From an uncultured Candidatus Binatia bacterium (GTDB lineage: Bacteria; Desulfobacterota; Binatia; HRBIN30): DNA of 43,581 nt. This document shows positions 24,869 through 34,700 of this stretch, piece after piece. Position numbers and translations under genes: made by a program. Under the pieces are notes generated by a model. It made no database searches and was not told the DNA's origin. It saw only the letters and a program-made list of their open reading frames with translations. The first letter of the stretch is position 1. Every line of letters starts with the position of its first letter. The DNA lies in the NCBI GenBank assembly GCA_964528465.1, contig CAZGSN010000667.1:1-43581 (forward strand), in the 5' to 3' direction.

Positions 24869-25327
24869 GGCGTCTATCGGTATCGCGGAAAATGTTTCCA
24901 ATCAACTGAATTCATGCATTTCGCAATGAGGGATCGTTGGGCGTAGCGGTATGGCGAGGGGTAATGTTGGTTAGTCTAGACCGATTCGCGCTGTGCGCGC
25001 GCTTCGAGGGGTGCACGCGAGGCCCGGTGGTCATGGGGAACGCCCGAAGCGCGGCGCCTGTGTCTCGCCAGACAAGCTGGGGACGGACTGGTTCCTTACG
25101 CGCCCCGGTCGCCAGGCCAGCTCAATCTGGAAACATTTCGAAGGATAGGCTCCTGGCACGCGGGTTGACTTGCTTCGGCGGTGCGGCGTACATGGCCGCC
25201 GCAGATGGAGCGAGTCTGCGTATTGCTAGGTCGATGTACATTGCGAATCCGTGACCAGAGCCTCCGGGGTAGCCGGTTGATCGCAGCACCACGGCTAGGG
25301 CATTCCTGACGCGATAAATTGTCACTA

Positions 25328-28300
25328 ATGGAGAAGGCGTGGCATTGTCCGGCGGGCGCACGGATGATCTTGGCGATTACGTCGGTCAGCGTGGTGACGG
25401 CGCCTCTTGTCCTTGTGGGCGTCAACCAAGCGACGCGCCATGAGAGGGTCCTAGGTGCTCTCGATTTCTTTTTCGAACAACTGCGCCACTCGGGGAAGGC
25501 GCTGATTGCTTGGTCTGTGCACTATGGGGAGTGGGTCGGCGTTGGGGTGACTGCTCTTTGTCTCGCTGCGGTAATTGCCTCTGTCCGGCAACGCAAATCC
25601 GATAGCGCAGCTATCGTCTCGATGGCGACGGCCATCAGTTTTCTTACCTGGGGTGAACTCTCGCTTCTTGCCGATGCCGTTTCGCGTGGATGTCTGTTCT
25701 ACGCGATTGGTATTTCCGCCGCTCTGATATGGGGGAGGCGATTGCCTTTGCCGCCTCGACATTCGGTCGAGCTTGCGCCCGCCACCTCGCAGGCCTCGAA
25801 GACTGCATCCAATTTTCGCATGGTGCGGACCGCCGAGTGGCCCGCTCTTGTGTTTCTTTTTCTACTGGCCGCCGTGACGCGCCTCTACGCCCTCACCGAG
25901 CTTCCGCATGAATACGAGAGCGAGATGATCATCAGCATGCTTTCGTCGCGTACCCTCGTAGGTCTATTGCGCTACATCCCGGAAGGCATTGTCGCCAATA
26001 CCAATGGTATCATGCACCTCCTGCCGCAGTGGGTGAGTTTCCAGGTTCTTGGGACCTCGGTGTTCTCGCTGCGTTTCGTGTCCGTTGCATGCGGGCTTGT
26101 GTGTATTGCGCTCTTCTATTGCATCGTCCGCCGTGTGGGCGGAGTGTCCATCGCCGTCGTTTCAACGTTTCTCTTTGTGACAGCACCTGAGCAACTGTTT
26201 TGGTCGCGGCAAGAGAATACTCCGTTCCAGTTTGTGACTCTGCTGGCGTTGATTGTCGCTAGTGCCGGGCTGCGTATGCAGGAGCGGTTCAGCTTGCGCA
26301 GCATGGTTGTTGCCAGTGCCACCATGCCGCTGGCGCGACTGTTTTATGGTCCGGCGATGGTCATGTTGCTCTACCCGCCGGTACTATACGCTCACGGCTT
26401 GCTCTTTTCGCGAGCAGGGCGCCGCTCGCTGCTTTACGGAGTCCCTCTCCTTGCTGCTGGTGTTGGCGCCTGGATCGCCAGTCTCTCTACTGCCGCCAGC
26501 CTAATTTCCGGGCAGCCATGGCACTTCATCAACCCGACCTTATCTGCTGGAGCCGCGGTGTGGAGAGGCGAAGGGACGTTCCGCGAGGCAAGTCTGCCGG
26601 AGTTGCTGAGGTTGCAAGCGGCCAATCTCGCAAAGAACACCGCTGCGGTGGCACGTGCGATGACGTACCAAGGCAGCTTCAGCCCGTGGTACCGGCGTGC
26701 GGACGAGTCGACCCACCCGACCATCATCAACGCTGCAATGACAGTCCTTCTGACTCTGGGACTTGCCTATCTTCTTGGCCAGTTCTCTGAGCCCCGCGCT
26801 TTCGCGCTGTTGGTGTGGGTCGCCCTGGCAATGCTGCCAGCTTTGCTCAGCGTCGATCCAGTGCCACGGCGGATGGTCGGCGCCTTCCCCGCGTTCTACG
26901 CCATCATCGCCTTTACCGTTGGCGCGATTCTGCACCAGTTTTGTGTGCTGGGTGCTTCGCGAATAGTCTGGTGCGCGAAAGTGTCGTCGGCGCTGGCCCT
27001 ATTGCTGATCGCATGGGCCAATTTGGCGTCCTATTTTCTCTTGCCAATGCGCCCGACGCATTTGGAGCCCCTACTTGCAGCGACAAAATCGATTTTTCAG
27101 GACACCGATGGGGTTTACCACAATCTTGGGGCGGATTGGGCACTGCTATTGGCGTTCGGCCACGGGGATGATCTGTTCGGCAAAGAAGACCCTCCTTGTT
27201 ACGAGGGCGTGCGGTCTCGGGATTGGCTTCACACGGCGCTCGGCGTGAGCTGTCCTTTCGAATCACCAGCGATGACATACTCGTTGTCGGCGGAACAAAT
27301 CGAGGGTCTGCGGGCAAGATACGATCCGCAGAAAATCAGCTTCTTACTGGAAGACCGCCCGGCGACAACGAAGGATGTTGCCCTCCTTCGCGCGTTGTTC
27401 CCAGACAGTCCCTTTGTGGAGCTGCCACGCGCTGGTACTGCCCTTATGTCGTTGCACTCCCTGCAAGTGGATCGCAGTAACGTCGACGCTCTTCGTGCGC
27501 CAACGTTGCACCCAAGCGCATCGGAAGCGCAACCGATGGATCTGGCACAGAGTGTCATGCGCGATACGAAGCTAGTCGTTGGTCCGTCCACGGACGATAG
27601 CAGCGTGCGTATTGAGGGGAGTCTTCTGATTGATTTCTCAGGCTGGTTTCATCTGCGAGTCGAGCCTTCCTGTGCAGCAGCCGAGATAAGTGTGGATGGT
27701 GAGGTTGTGCGACCGCAGAATTGGCTTCCCCTCACTGGCGGCGCCCATGAGATGGTTGTCCGGCTTCCTTCGGCTTCCGCTTGCGTCTTGCCGATTCAAG
27801 TTGCCGGTGAGCGTCATGTGGATGCTGGTGGCTCACGAGCCGTGTCGACACCGTTTGTCGCGACACGAGTTGCCTCGTTGCCGGAAGCCCGTGCCATGCC
27901 CGTCATTCGGAGCCGTGGATACCAGGAGGTACTGTTGCCGCCTCTCCCCGAGGGCGTCCTTTCCGATTTTGCGGTTGATGAGCAGGGCGGACTAACTCTG
28001 CTTCTTAGAAATTCGCATGGCTATCGCATCGAGCGCCTCGACGCAGGTGGCAATCCCTCGGGAGGTTGGGCCCTGTCGCTTGATCCGCTCGGCATATCGC
28101 GTGCGCCCGATGGCACCTTGTTCGTCCCCTATGCGGGTGATGCTGTCGACGAATTCAGCGCGGACGGGACGCTCTTGTCGCGATGGAAAACCCCTTGGGT
28201 ACGATCGGCCACGCTTGGCCACCTCGCGGATGGCTCGATTCTTAGTGCGCTCCCTGGTGGTAAAATTGCTCTGCTCGACCGTAACGGAAGGGAAATCGGC

Positions 28301-28759
28301 ACATGGGTCGAGTTCGAAGGTGAAGTCAAATCGTTCTTCGAGCCATGGTCTGCGGGTGCGAACAGGAAGAACGACATCTTGATCATCCAATCCAACGGCA
28401 TAGCGCTACAGCTTCACACCCCGCCGCACCGCTTCGAGCCGCACCTGCGGCGGTCGTTTCGTATCGACTTTTTCGAAGCCTCGGCGCCTGCCAGTGGTTG
28501 GACGTTCGACGAAGCTCGTGACCTTATCATCGTTCCGGACCCGGCGAGCCGGAACGTCCTAACGTTCACGCTCGATGGAGCCGCAGTCATGGCTATCGAC
28601 CCGGAGCGCGACCTGGGAGCAATAAGCCCAGGCGTTGTCCGTCGAGTCGCCGCTAGCGCCAACGCCTTGTACATGCTCGACGGCAGGCAGCAGCTTCGCA
28701 AATTGGTGAGCCTCGACCGGGCTGGGCATGCACTTTCCAGCGAAGAGAACTTGAAATAA
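25328..28759 (+). CDS. Polytopic GT-C-fold (GT39/ArnT-like) membrane protein with periplasmic PA14-like module and degenerate beta-propeller C-terminus
   Basis: The hydrophobic N-terminal ~640 aa carry the first-loop motif LAAVTRLYALTELPHEYESEM. The PA14-like segment VRIEGSLLIDFSGWFHLRVEPSCAAAEISVDGEVVRPQNWLPLTGGAHEMVVRL lies at about nt 27600-27810. Propeller-like repeats (PDGTLFVPYAGDAVDEFSADGTLLSRW, ADGSILSALPGGKIALLDRNGREIGTW) lie at about nt 28020-28700. Possible starts: ATG 25328, TTG 25319 (track) or ATG 25364. Confidence 0.75.
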   Translation: MEKAWHCPAGARMILAITSVSVVTAPLVLVGVNQATRHERVLGALDFFFEQLRHSGKALIAWSVHYGEWVGVGVTALCLAAVIASVRQRKSDSAAIVSMATAISFLTWGELSLLADAVSRGCLFYAIGISAALIWGRRLPLPPRHSVELAPATSQASKTASNFRMVRTAEWPALVFLFLLAAVTRLYALTELPHEYESEMIISMLSSRTLVGLLRYIPEGIVANTNGIMHLLPQWVSFQVLGTSVFSLRFVSVACGLVCIALFYCIVRRVGGVSIAVVSTFLFVTAPEQLFWSRQENTPFQFVTLLALIVASAGLRMQERFSLRSMVVASATMPLARLFYGPAMVMLLYPPVLYAHGLLFSRAGRRSLLYGVPLLAAGVGAWIASLSTAASLISGQPWHFINPTLSAGAAVWRGEGTFREASLPELLRLQAANLAKNTAAVARAMTYQGSFSPWYRRADESTHPTIINAAMTVLLTLGLAYLLGQFSEPRAFALLVWVALAMLPALLSVDPVPRRMVGAFPAFYAIIAFTVGAILHQFCVLGASRIVWCAKVSSALALLLIAWANLASYFLLPMRPTHLEPLLAATKSIFQDTDGVYHNLGADWALLLAFGHGDDLFGKEDPPCYEGVRSRDWLHTALGVSCPFESPAMTYSLSAEQIEGLRARYDPQKISFLLEDRPATTKDVALLRALFPDSPFVELPRAGTALMSLHSLQVDRSNVDALRAPTLHPSASEAQPMDLAQSVMRDTKLVVGPSTDDSSVRIEGSLLIDFSGWFHLRVEPSCAAAEISVDGEVVRPQNWLPLTGGAHEMVVRLPSASACVLPIQVAGERHVDAGGSRAVSTPFVATRVASLPEARAMPVIRSRGYQEVLLPPLPEGVLSDFAVDEQGGLTLLLRNSHGYRIERLDAGGNPSGGWALSLDPLGISRAPDGTLFVPYAGDAVDEFSADGTLLSRWKTPWVRSATLGHLADGSILSALPGGKIALLDRNGREIGTWVEFEGEVKSFFEPWSAGANRKNDILIIQSNGIALQLHTPPHRFEPHLRRSFRIDFFEASAPASGWTFDEARDLIIVPDPASRNVLTFTLDGAAVMAIDPERDLGAISPGVVRRVAASANALYMLDGRQQLRKLVSLDRAGHALSSEENLK

Positions 28760-29011
28760 TGAAACAACAGGGCGTTCGGCGCTCTCACGGTCTTGTAAGC
28801 GCAACCCTGACCTTGCCCCGGCCTGCCAACAAATAGGAAGAGGGTGTTCCGACTGAATGGACTGTCTTGCCTTGCTGGCATGGGGATCAATAGAGCGCCG
28901 GGGAGTTGAGCTTCTTCAAAGTCAGGTTCTCTGGGGCTTAGCCGACAACTGCCAGGGCGAATCCATCATGGATGAAGGCGCTCTGGAAGTAGATGCCGGC
29001 CAGGCAAGCTT

Positions 29012-29047
29012 CTAGGAGCAGCGGGGCACTTGCACCGTTGCTCCTAG
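29012..29047 (+). promoter_or_regulatory. Extended hairpin in the 5' leader, 25 nt upstream of the 29072 start codon
   Basis: ctaggagca (29012-29020) pairs perfectly with tgctcctag (29039-29047). Inner pairs continue (g-u, c-g, g-c, g-c, then gc/gc around loop actt). It is followed by aagga (29056-29060) and ATG 29072. There is no T-tract, so it is not a classic terminator. Confidence 0.3.
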
Positions 29048-29071
29048 ATTGGAATAAGGACCAGCTTAACT

Positions 29072-31534
29072 ATGACGCAAAGAACAAAGTTGGCGTTTGC
29101 ACTTGGCTCGTGGGCCGCCATTGCAGCCATGGCTTACGGCCAGTATGCGATTCGGCTCGATCCGAACGACGACATCGCAACATCGATTGTAGTAGTTGCC
29201 GCGCTGTTGGCGGCACTCTTTCTGCGCGGTGAGGGTTCGTGGCCAGCCCTCGACACCGGCCCGTTTGAAGGGCGACGTTGGCCATTATGGGTTGGCATCG
29301 TCGTGGTGGTCTTAGGCATGGGGTTGGTTGGATGTGGTACCTATCTGCTCACCCTGAGCTTTCAGACTTGGGTGAATCACGGCTGGTTCCTGATCATCGT
29401 TGGAACCAGTCTGGCGAGCCTTGGATTTTATGGGCTCGATCCTAAGGGCAAGGCGGGACCGGGATGGAACCGCACCGAGATCTTGGTGTTGCTGGGCATT
29501 TTCCTGCTCGGACTATTCCTGAGATTTTACCGCTACACCGACTTCCCCCCCCCGTATACGATGCATGCCATCGAAGAGCCGCAGGCTGGGATGCGGGCAC
29601 ACTTCCTTCTCAAGGGAGTGTATTTTTGGGAATTCATCTTCGATAACTATCTGGCTGCGGCGAGCATGTGGTTGTTCGGTGACCGCAGCATTCTGGTCAT
29701 TCGTATCCCATTCACCATCGTCAGTGCGTTAACCGTGTTTCCACTCTATCTCTTGCTGCGTCAGGCTGTGAGCAAGCCAGCAGCTCTTGCTGCGACATTC
29801 TTGTCCGCGGTCTCCGCATGGAACATCATCTACTCTCGATGTGCCCATAATATTTTTGCGCCCAATATGCTCGTCGTACTCGCGTTTGCCCTTTGCTTTC
29901 GGGTAGGGCGTACCCACCGCTTGGCGGGAGCACCGTGGGCAGCCCTTCTGAGCGCGTTCATGCTCTACAACTATGCTGCCTATCGCGGTACTGCGTTGCT
30001 GGCGCTGCTTCTATTGGGGGGGGGGCTGCTCGTTGATTTGCACGCCTGGCGTCGAGCTACCGATGCGGCGACGCGGGCTTTGCAAAAGAGGTTTGTCTTG
30101 CGCATGGCCGTGGCTATCGCCTTGGTGCTCGCCTTTGGCGTTGCTCTGTTCGCTCCAATCTACAAGATCACCGCCTACAATTCTGCACAGCCGGGCTACT
30201 ACTTCGAAGCGGCGAATCGCTCCCTATCGAACAAGGAGTACTACAGCTCCGATCCCCAGAAATTCATTGCCTACCGAGTACAACGTATCAAGGAAACCTC
30301 TCGTATCTTTATGCACAAGGGGGACGGCTCGGACACCTTCAACGAACCGGGCGAGCCGATGCTGGACCCGCTTACGAGTGTCGCCTTCATCGGCGGAATC
30401 TTTCTGGTTCTCGTGAATCCGGGGCGACGTTTCAATTTATGGATCCTTGCAGGATTTCTGTTTGTGATGATCGGCGGTACGGTGTTCGTGCAGAATCTTG
30501 ACGTTCGTCGACTGCAGGGCGCTACTCCGTTTGTGATGATGCTTGTCGCGTTGTTTGTTGATCGAGTGTGGCTACTTGCCCAGCGTTTCCCGCGTAAGAT
30601 GGTGGTGCCCATAGCGATTCTCGTGGCCGTTGCTGGCGGCAGCTTCTGCACATTTTGGGGCTACAACATCTACTTCAACAAGATGTCCAAGAACCGCTTT
30701 GTCCGGCAGTCCATGCACAATCGCTACCTGAGCATAGTGCACTACGGGCGCACCCTTGGGACTGGGCATTTCTCATGGTTGTTGTCCGACATCCGTTTCT
30801 TTTTCCACCCGTCGGATTTCTATTGGCTGATCGAGGATCTGATCGCTGGGACGGAACTACGCGACATTACCGATGCCTTGCCACCGAAGAAGCTCCCCAG
30901 GACCCCGTTGCCGATCAATGTCGTCGTGCAGCACCCGTATGAGCGGCACGAAAGCGCCCGTCTGCTCCAACAGGTGTATCCGGGAACGCAATGCAACGAG
31001 TTTGCCGAGGAGGACAATCCGTACATCACCCTTACCTCGTGCAGCATTCCGAAAGATGTGTCGCCGCAGCCGCTGCAAATGCATTTGATGGCCCGCTACT
31101 ACCATGGCAATCAGCCTGCCGGCACACCGGTGGCGGAACGCCAGGAACCATACATCGGTTTTGGGACCTATCCCCCCGAGTGCTACCTCGTGCATGATTC
31201 CCACAATACCTGCGCGGCAGAGTGGAGCGGAATACTGCGCGTGCCGCGCAGCGGTGTTTACAAGTTCAATCTGGCATCGCGCGAGCACGCCAAGCTTACG
31301 GTCCAAATCGATGGCAAGCCCCTAACGGGAACGACCATGGAACTTACCGAGGGTGAGCACCAGTTCTCGGCGAGCGCCATCATTCCGCGGGACTCGGACA
31401 CCGGTGTGCGCTTCGAATGGGTTACCAAGGAAGGCAACATGGCCGTCCCCTTTTACGACCTGAGCCCCGATCTGCCTTCGCCGGAGCCGCTTCTAGTTGC
31501 CCCAACAGGAGAGCCTGCGGCGGCTGCACACTGA
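29072..31534 (+). CDS. Polytopic GT-C-fold (GT39/ArnT-like) membrane protein with C-terminal PA14-like domain
   Basis: 820 aa. LGIFLLGLFLRFYRYTDFPPPYTMHAIEEPQAGM is the first-loop acidic motif, followed by many TMs. The C-terminal AAEWSGILRVPRSGVYKFNLASREHAKLTVQIDGKPLTGTTMELTEGEHQF (about nt 31080-31470) fits the PA14 pattern (f.a.w.G.l.vp.sG.Y.F...sdd...l.idG). Confidence 0.8.
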   Translation: MTQRTKLAFALGSWAAIAAMAYGQYAIRLDPNDDIATSIVVVAALLAALFLRGEGSWPALDTGPFEGRRWPLWVGIVVVVLGMGLVGCGTYLLTLSFQTWVNHGWFLIIVGTSLASLGFYGLDPKGKAGPGWNRTEILVLLGIFLLGLFLRFYRYTDFPPPYTMHAIEEPQAGMRAHFLLKGVYFWEFIFDNYLAAASMWLFGDRSILVIRIPFTIVSALTVFPLYLLLRQAVSKPAALAATFLSAVSAWNIIYSRCAHNIFAPNMLVVLAFALCFRVGRTHRLAGAPWAALLSAFMLYNYAAYRGTALLALLLLGGGLLVDLHAWRRATDAATRALQKRFVLRMAVAIALVLAFGVALFAPIYKITAYNSAQPGYYFEAANRSLSNKEYYSSDPQKFIAYRVQRIKETSRIFMHKGDGSDTFNEPGEPMLDPLTSVAFIGGIFLVLVNPGRRFNLWILAGFLFVMIGGTVFVQNLDVRRLQGATPFVMMLVALFVDRVWLLAQRFPRKMVVPIAILVAVAGGSFCTFWGYNIYFNKMSKNRFVRQSMHNRYLSIVHYGRTLGTGHFSWLLSDIRFFFHPSDFYWLIEDLIAGTELRDITDALPPKKLPRTPLPINVVVQHPYERHESARLLQQVYPGTQCNEFAEEDNPYITLTSCSIPKDVSPQPLQMHLMARYYHGNQPAGTPVAERQEPYIGFGTYPPECYLVHDSHNTCAAEWSGILRVPRSGVYKFNLASREHAKLTVQIDGKPLTGTTMELTEGEHQFSASAIIPRDSDTGVRFEWVTKEGNMAVPFYDLSPDLPSPEPLLVAPTGEPAAAAH

Positions 31535-31601
31535 CGCGTTCCTGGTCGAGCCGGCGTTGCTTCATTGCCGGTCGCTTAGGGATCGGTGTCTGCGAACAGT
31601 C

Positions 31602-31629
31602 CCCTCTCCCACATTTTCGCGGGGGAGGG
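31602..31629. repeat. REP-like hairpin CCCTCTCCC-n10-GGGGGAGGG between convergent genes
   Basis: 9-bp stem (one G-U) with loop acattttcgc. It translates to the spurious peptide SPLPHFRGGGRGEG. It has the same CCTCTCCC...GGGAGAGG core as the 14998-15042 hairpin. Confidence 0.5.
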
Positions 31630-31775
31630 CGGGGTGAAGGTTTCCCGTCCGGCCAGTGGCTATGCGCTGACCTGTACGCGATTCCCGCGATGACGATTGC
31701 GCAGGCGATCACGACCGAGACGGTCACCAACTGCCCGGGCCCCCAAACGCCTTGCGCTGGCGGCCCGTCGTCGAC

Positions 31776-34700
31776 CTAGAACGCTAGAGGGAAGACCAGG
31801 TTGACCAAGAAGAAGTGGCGGTTGTAGGGGTCGGCCCAGAAGCCACCGGCGCTGGTGGTCAGCACGGCAATCTCTTCGATGGGGAAGTTGAGCGTCCCTT
31901 CGATGCCACCGGCGATACGGCTTCCCTCGGCGTCTTCGAAGAAGTCCGAGTCGACACCCGAGATCCACTGGCCTCCCACTTTGCCCGTCACCAAGAAAGT
32001 GGCGTCATCCAATGTGTCCGGGAAGAACGGGCCAGTGAAATCGAGGCGCAGCAAAGCCTGCACAAACGCGTCGGGGCTGAAATAGCCGCCGCCGGTGCGG
32101 CGCTCGTTGACGGCGGCGATGAGGTCCGCATCGGAGCTGGAAGAGCCACGCACGGGCTCGCTCAAATCCTTGTCGTAGTGGAAGAAAGCAAGCTCGACGC
32201 CAGGGCGAATCTGGTTGTCGTAGTTGCGCAGCTCAAATGTCCGCCCTACTCCGAGGAAGCCGTCAAACTTCTCGTTGTCCGGGATGCGAATGCCTTGCAA
32301 GGTGCTGTAAGCGAGTTCGAGCACACCATCGATTAGGGCTGGCGTGGTGAAGCCGATGCGTCCGCCGAAGCGGTCTTGAATCACCTTACCGATGAAGGTG
32401 TCGCTGTTGCCGGAGACCAGCTTCTGCCCGCGGAAGCTCAGCATCGATTCCATTACGGGTTGGCGCTCGTAGAACGGAGTCAGCGTCAACCATGGAGCTG
32501 GCTTGAGATCGAGTTGAGCAAAGCCTGTGAGATAGGGGCGACGCGGGAAGCCCCACGGGGTTCCGCCAACACCACCACTCAGGACAATGGCGTCTGTCCC
32601 CAGCGCCAAGCCGTTCAATGTCGCCATGCCGGAGACCCCGGCGTCGCGCTTGTCGCCGTTGTCGACCAAGGTTGGTTCGGCAGTCAGCCGGAAGCGCGTA
32701 TTGAGCGCCGCAGGCAGATCAACGAACATTGGAAAGCGATAAATCGCAAACTGGTCGGCCCGCCAGTCGGCCACGGCACTGAGGAAGTCGTAGCGAAAGC
32801 CAAGCCCCACTTTGACGGCTTGCTTTCTCGCCAAGTCACGAGCCAAGCGCTCCGCGCGCAGGCGTGCTTCCGGGCTCAAGGCTTTGACCGGCGGCGCCTC
32901 CACCTCTTCTGGGATCGTCTCGTACTGAATGGCCGAAAGATCGGAATAGCGCGGCACACCCTGTGTCGATGGATCATGCCTGCGTTCCCATTCCAGTCGC
33001 ACCGGCGGCAGCGAGTCTTCATAAACAACCGGAGCCGGAACCTGCGAGCGCGCTTGACGGCGTGCGGGCGTCGCCAAGCGTGGCACGGGCGTGGTCTCGA
33101 TGCGCGGTTCTTGCCAACCCCGTGGTGTGGGGACGCGCGTCGGCACCGCGGTAGCTTTCCCGCTACGCCCCTTGGCACGCACATCCCGCATGATGCGTTC
33201 GAAGCTTGGGAGGTCTTCCGCGATCTGAGCTTCCGCAACATCCCTCTCACGGTGGGCAGCCCAAGCCCGTAGAGCCTCAACAGCCCCGCCAGAGAACATC
33301 GCCGCTGCGGCTGGCGCAGCATCGTTCATGGAGTCCGTGGCGGCGGCGGCAAGCGGCTGCGAGGTCAACCGCGCCGTGGCGCGACTTCCCTGCCAGCGCC
33401 GTGGTGGCAGTGCATCGACCGGAGCCGGCTTGGCGCGTAATGTCCCTTGCGGCAACTTGAGCGGTGGCAGAATCGAATCGACGACAGCGCCACTGCTGGC
33501 GTAGCCCGAGCCCGGCTGCGGCGGCAGGCCGTAGACACCCACCCCGCCGCGACTCCCCGCCTCCTCGAGAATTGCCGAAGCATCTCCATCGCGCCCCATG
33601 TCGTGGTACATTTCAGCCAAAGCAAGGCCCAGCTCAGGATCTTTACTGGCCTCGTACTGGTCTTCCAAAATATCGAGTGCCTCACGCGTGTTACCGCTGC
33701 CGCGCAGGGCGTACGCCAGGCCTAGGCGCACGTCCCCATCTTCCGGCGCCAAGGCCTGTGCGCGAGAGAAGAACTGCTCGGCCTCCACGTACTGCTTGGT
33801 TTGCAGATAGAGGAAGCCAATGGATTTCAACGTGTCCACGTCGTTCGGGTCGCTGCGATAGTCTTGCGCCAAGAGAAGGTAGACCTGATCCAAGCGCCCC
33901 TCGCGCGTCAGCCGCTCGCGGTCGATCCGGTCCTGCGCGCGGCGCACGTCGCGAGCCAGCTCCGCCGCCGTTTGCGCTCCGAGTGTACGCTGGTCATTCG
34001 CAATGGCCTGGCGTGCATCGGCATAGCGACCGAGCTTCGAAAGTGCGCGAATACGCGCTGCCTGTAGGCGTGCGGAAGAACGGTTCAATGCCAAACCCTG
34101 CTCGGCATAGGTCAGGGCAAGCGTGTCGGCACCAGTTTCCAAGGTGACTTCCGAGAGCCCTGCCCACACATCGGGATCGCGCGGATTGCGCTCGCGCAAC
34201 TGCTCCATGAGATCGCGCGCATCGGCAAAGCGTCCGGCTTCGATGAGCTGACGGGCGTATTCCATATCGCGATGGAAGGCGATGCGGTTCCAGGTTTCCG
34301 CCGACACCTCGTACCCAGGGATGGTATCCAATCGGCGATAGGTGGCCTCAGCAGCTTGCCAGTCCCCCACGCCTTCGTAGGCTCCGGCGATCCCTTGCAA
34401 AGAGCCCGGATCATCGGGATTGGCAGCAAGCACGGCACGGTGCGTGTCGATGGCATCCTGGAACTGCCCCTGCTTGGAATAGACACCGGCAATCACCTTG
34501 AGGGAATCCGCGTCTTCCGGATCCAGGGCCAGAGCCTCGCGCGCGGCAAAGAACGCTTCGTTCGTGCGTCCGGAATCAAGTAAGGCGCCAGCCTGGGCTC
34601 GGCGCAGATTGGCACGCTCGCGATTCGCCGCCTCCGGGTGCGCGGCGCTGTAAGCGGTGAGTGCCTGTTCGGCTTCGCTGTAACGCTTCATCGCCGTCAG

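Noticed and set aside
24937-25254. 105-aa plus-strand ORF in the divergent intergenic region between the giant protein and the GT-C/PA14 gene
   Set aside because: It has no motifs and is Arg/Ala/Gly-rich. More likely it is untranslated divergent promoter DNA.
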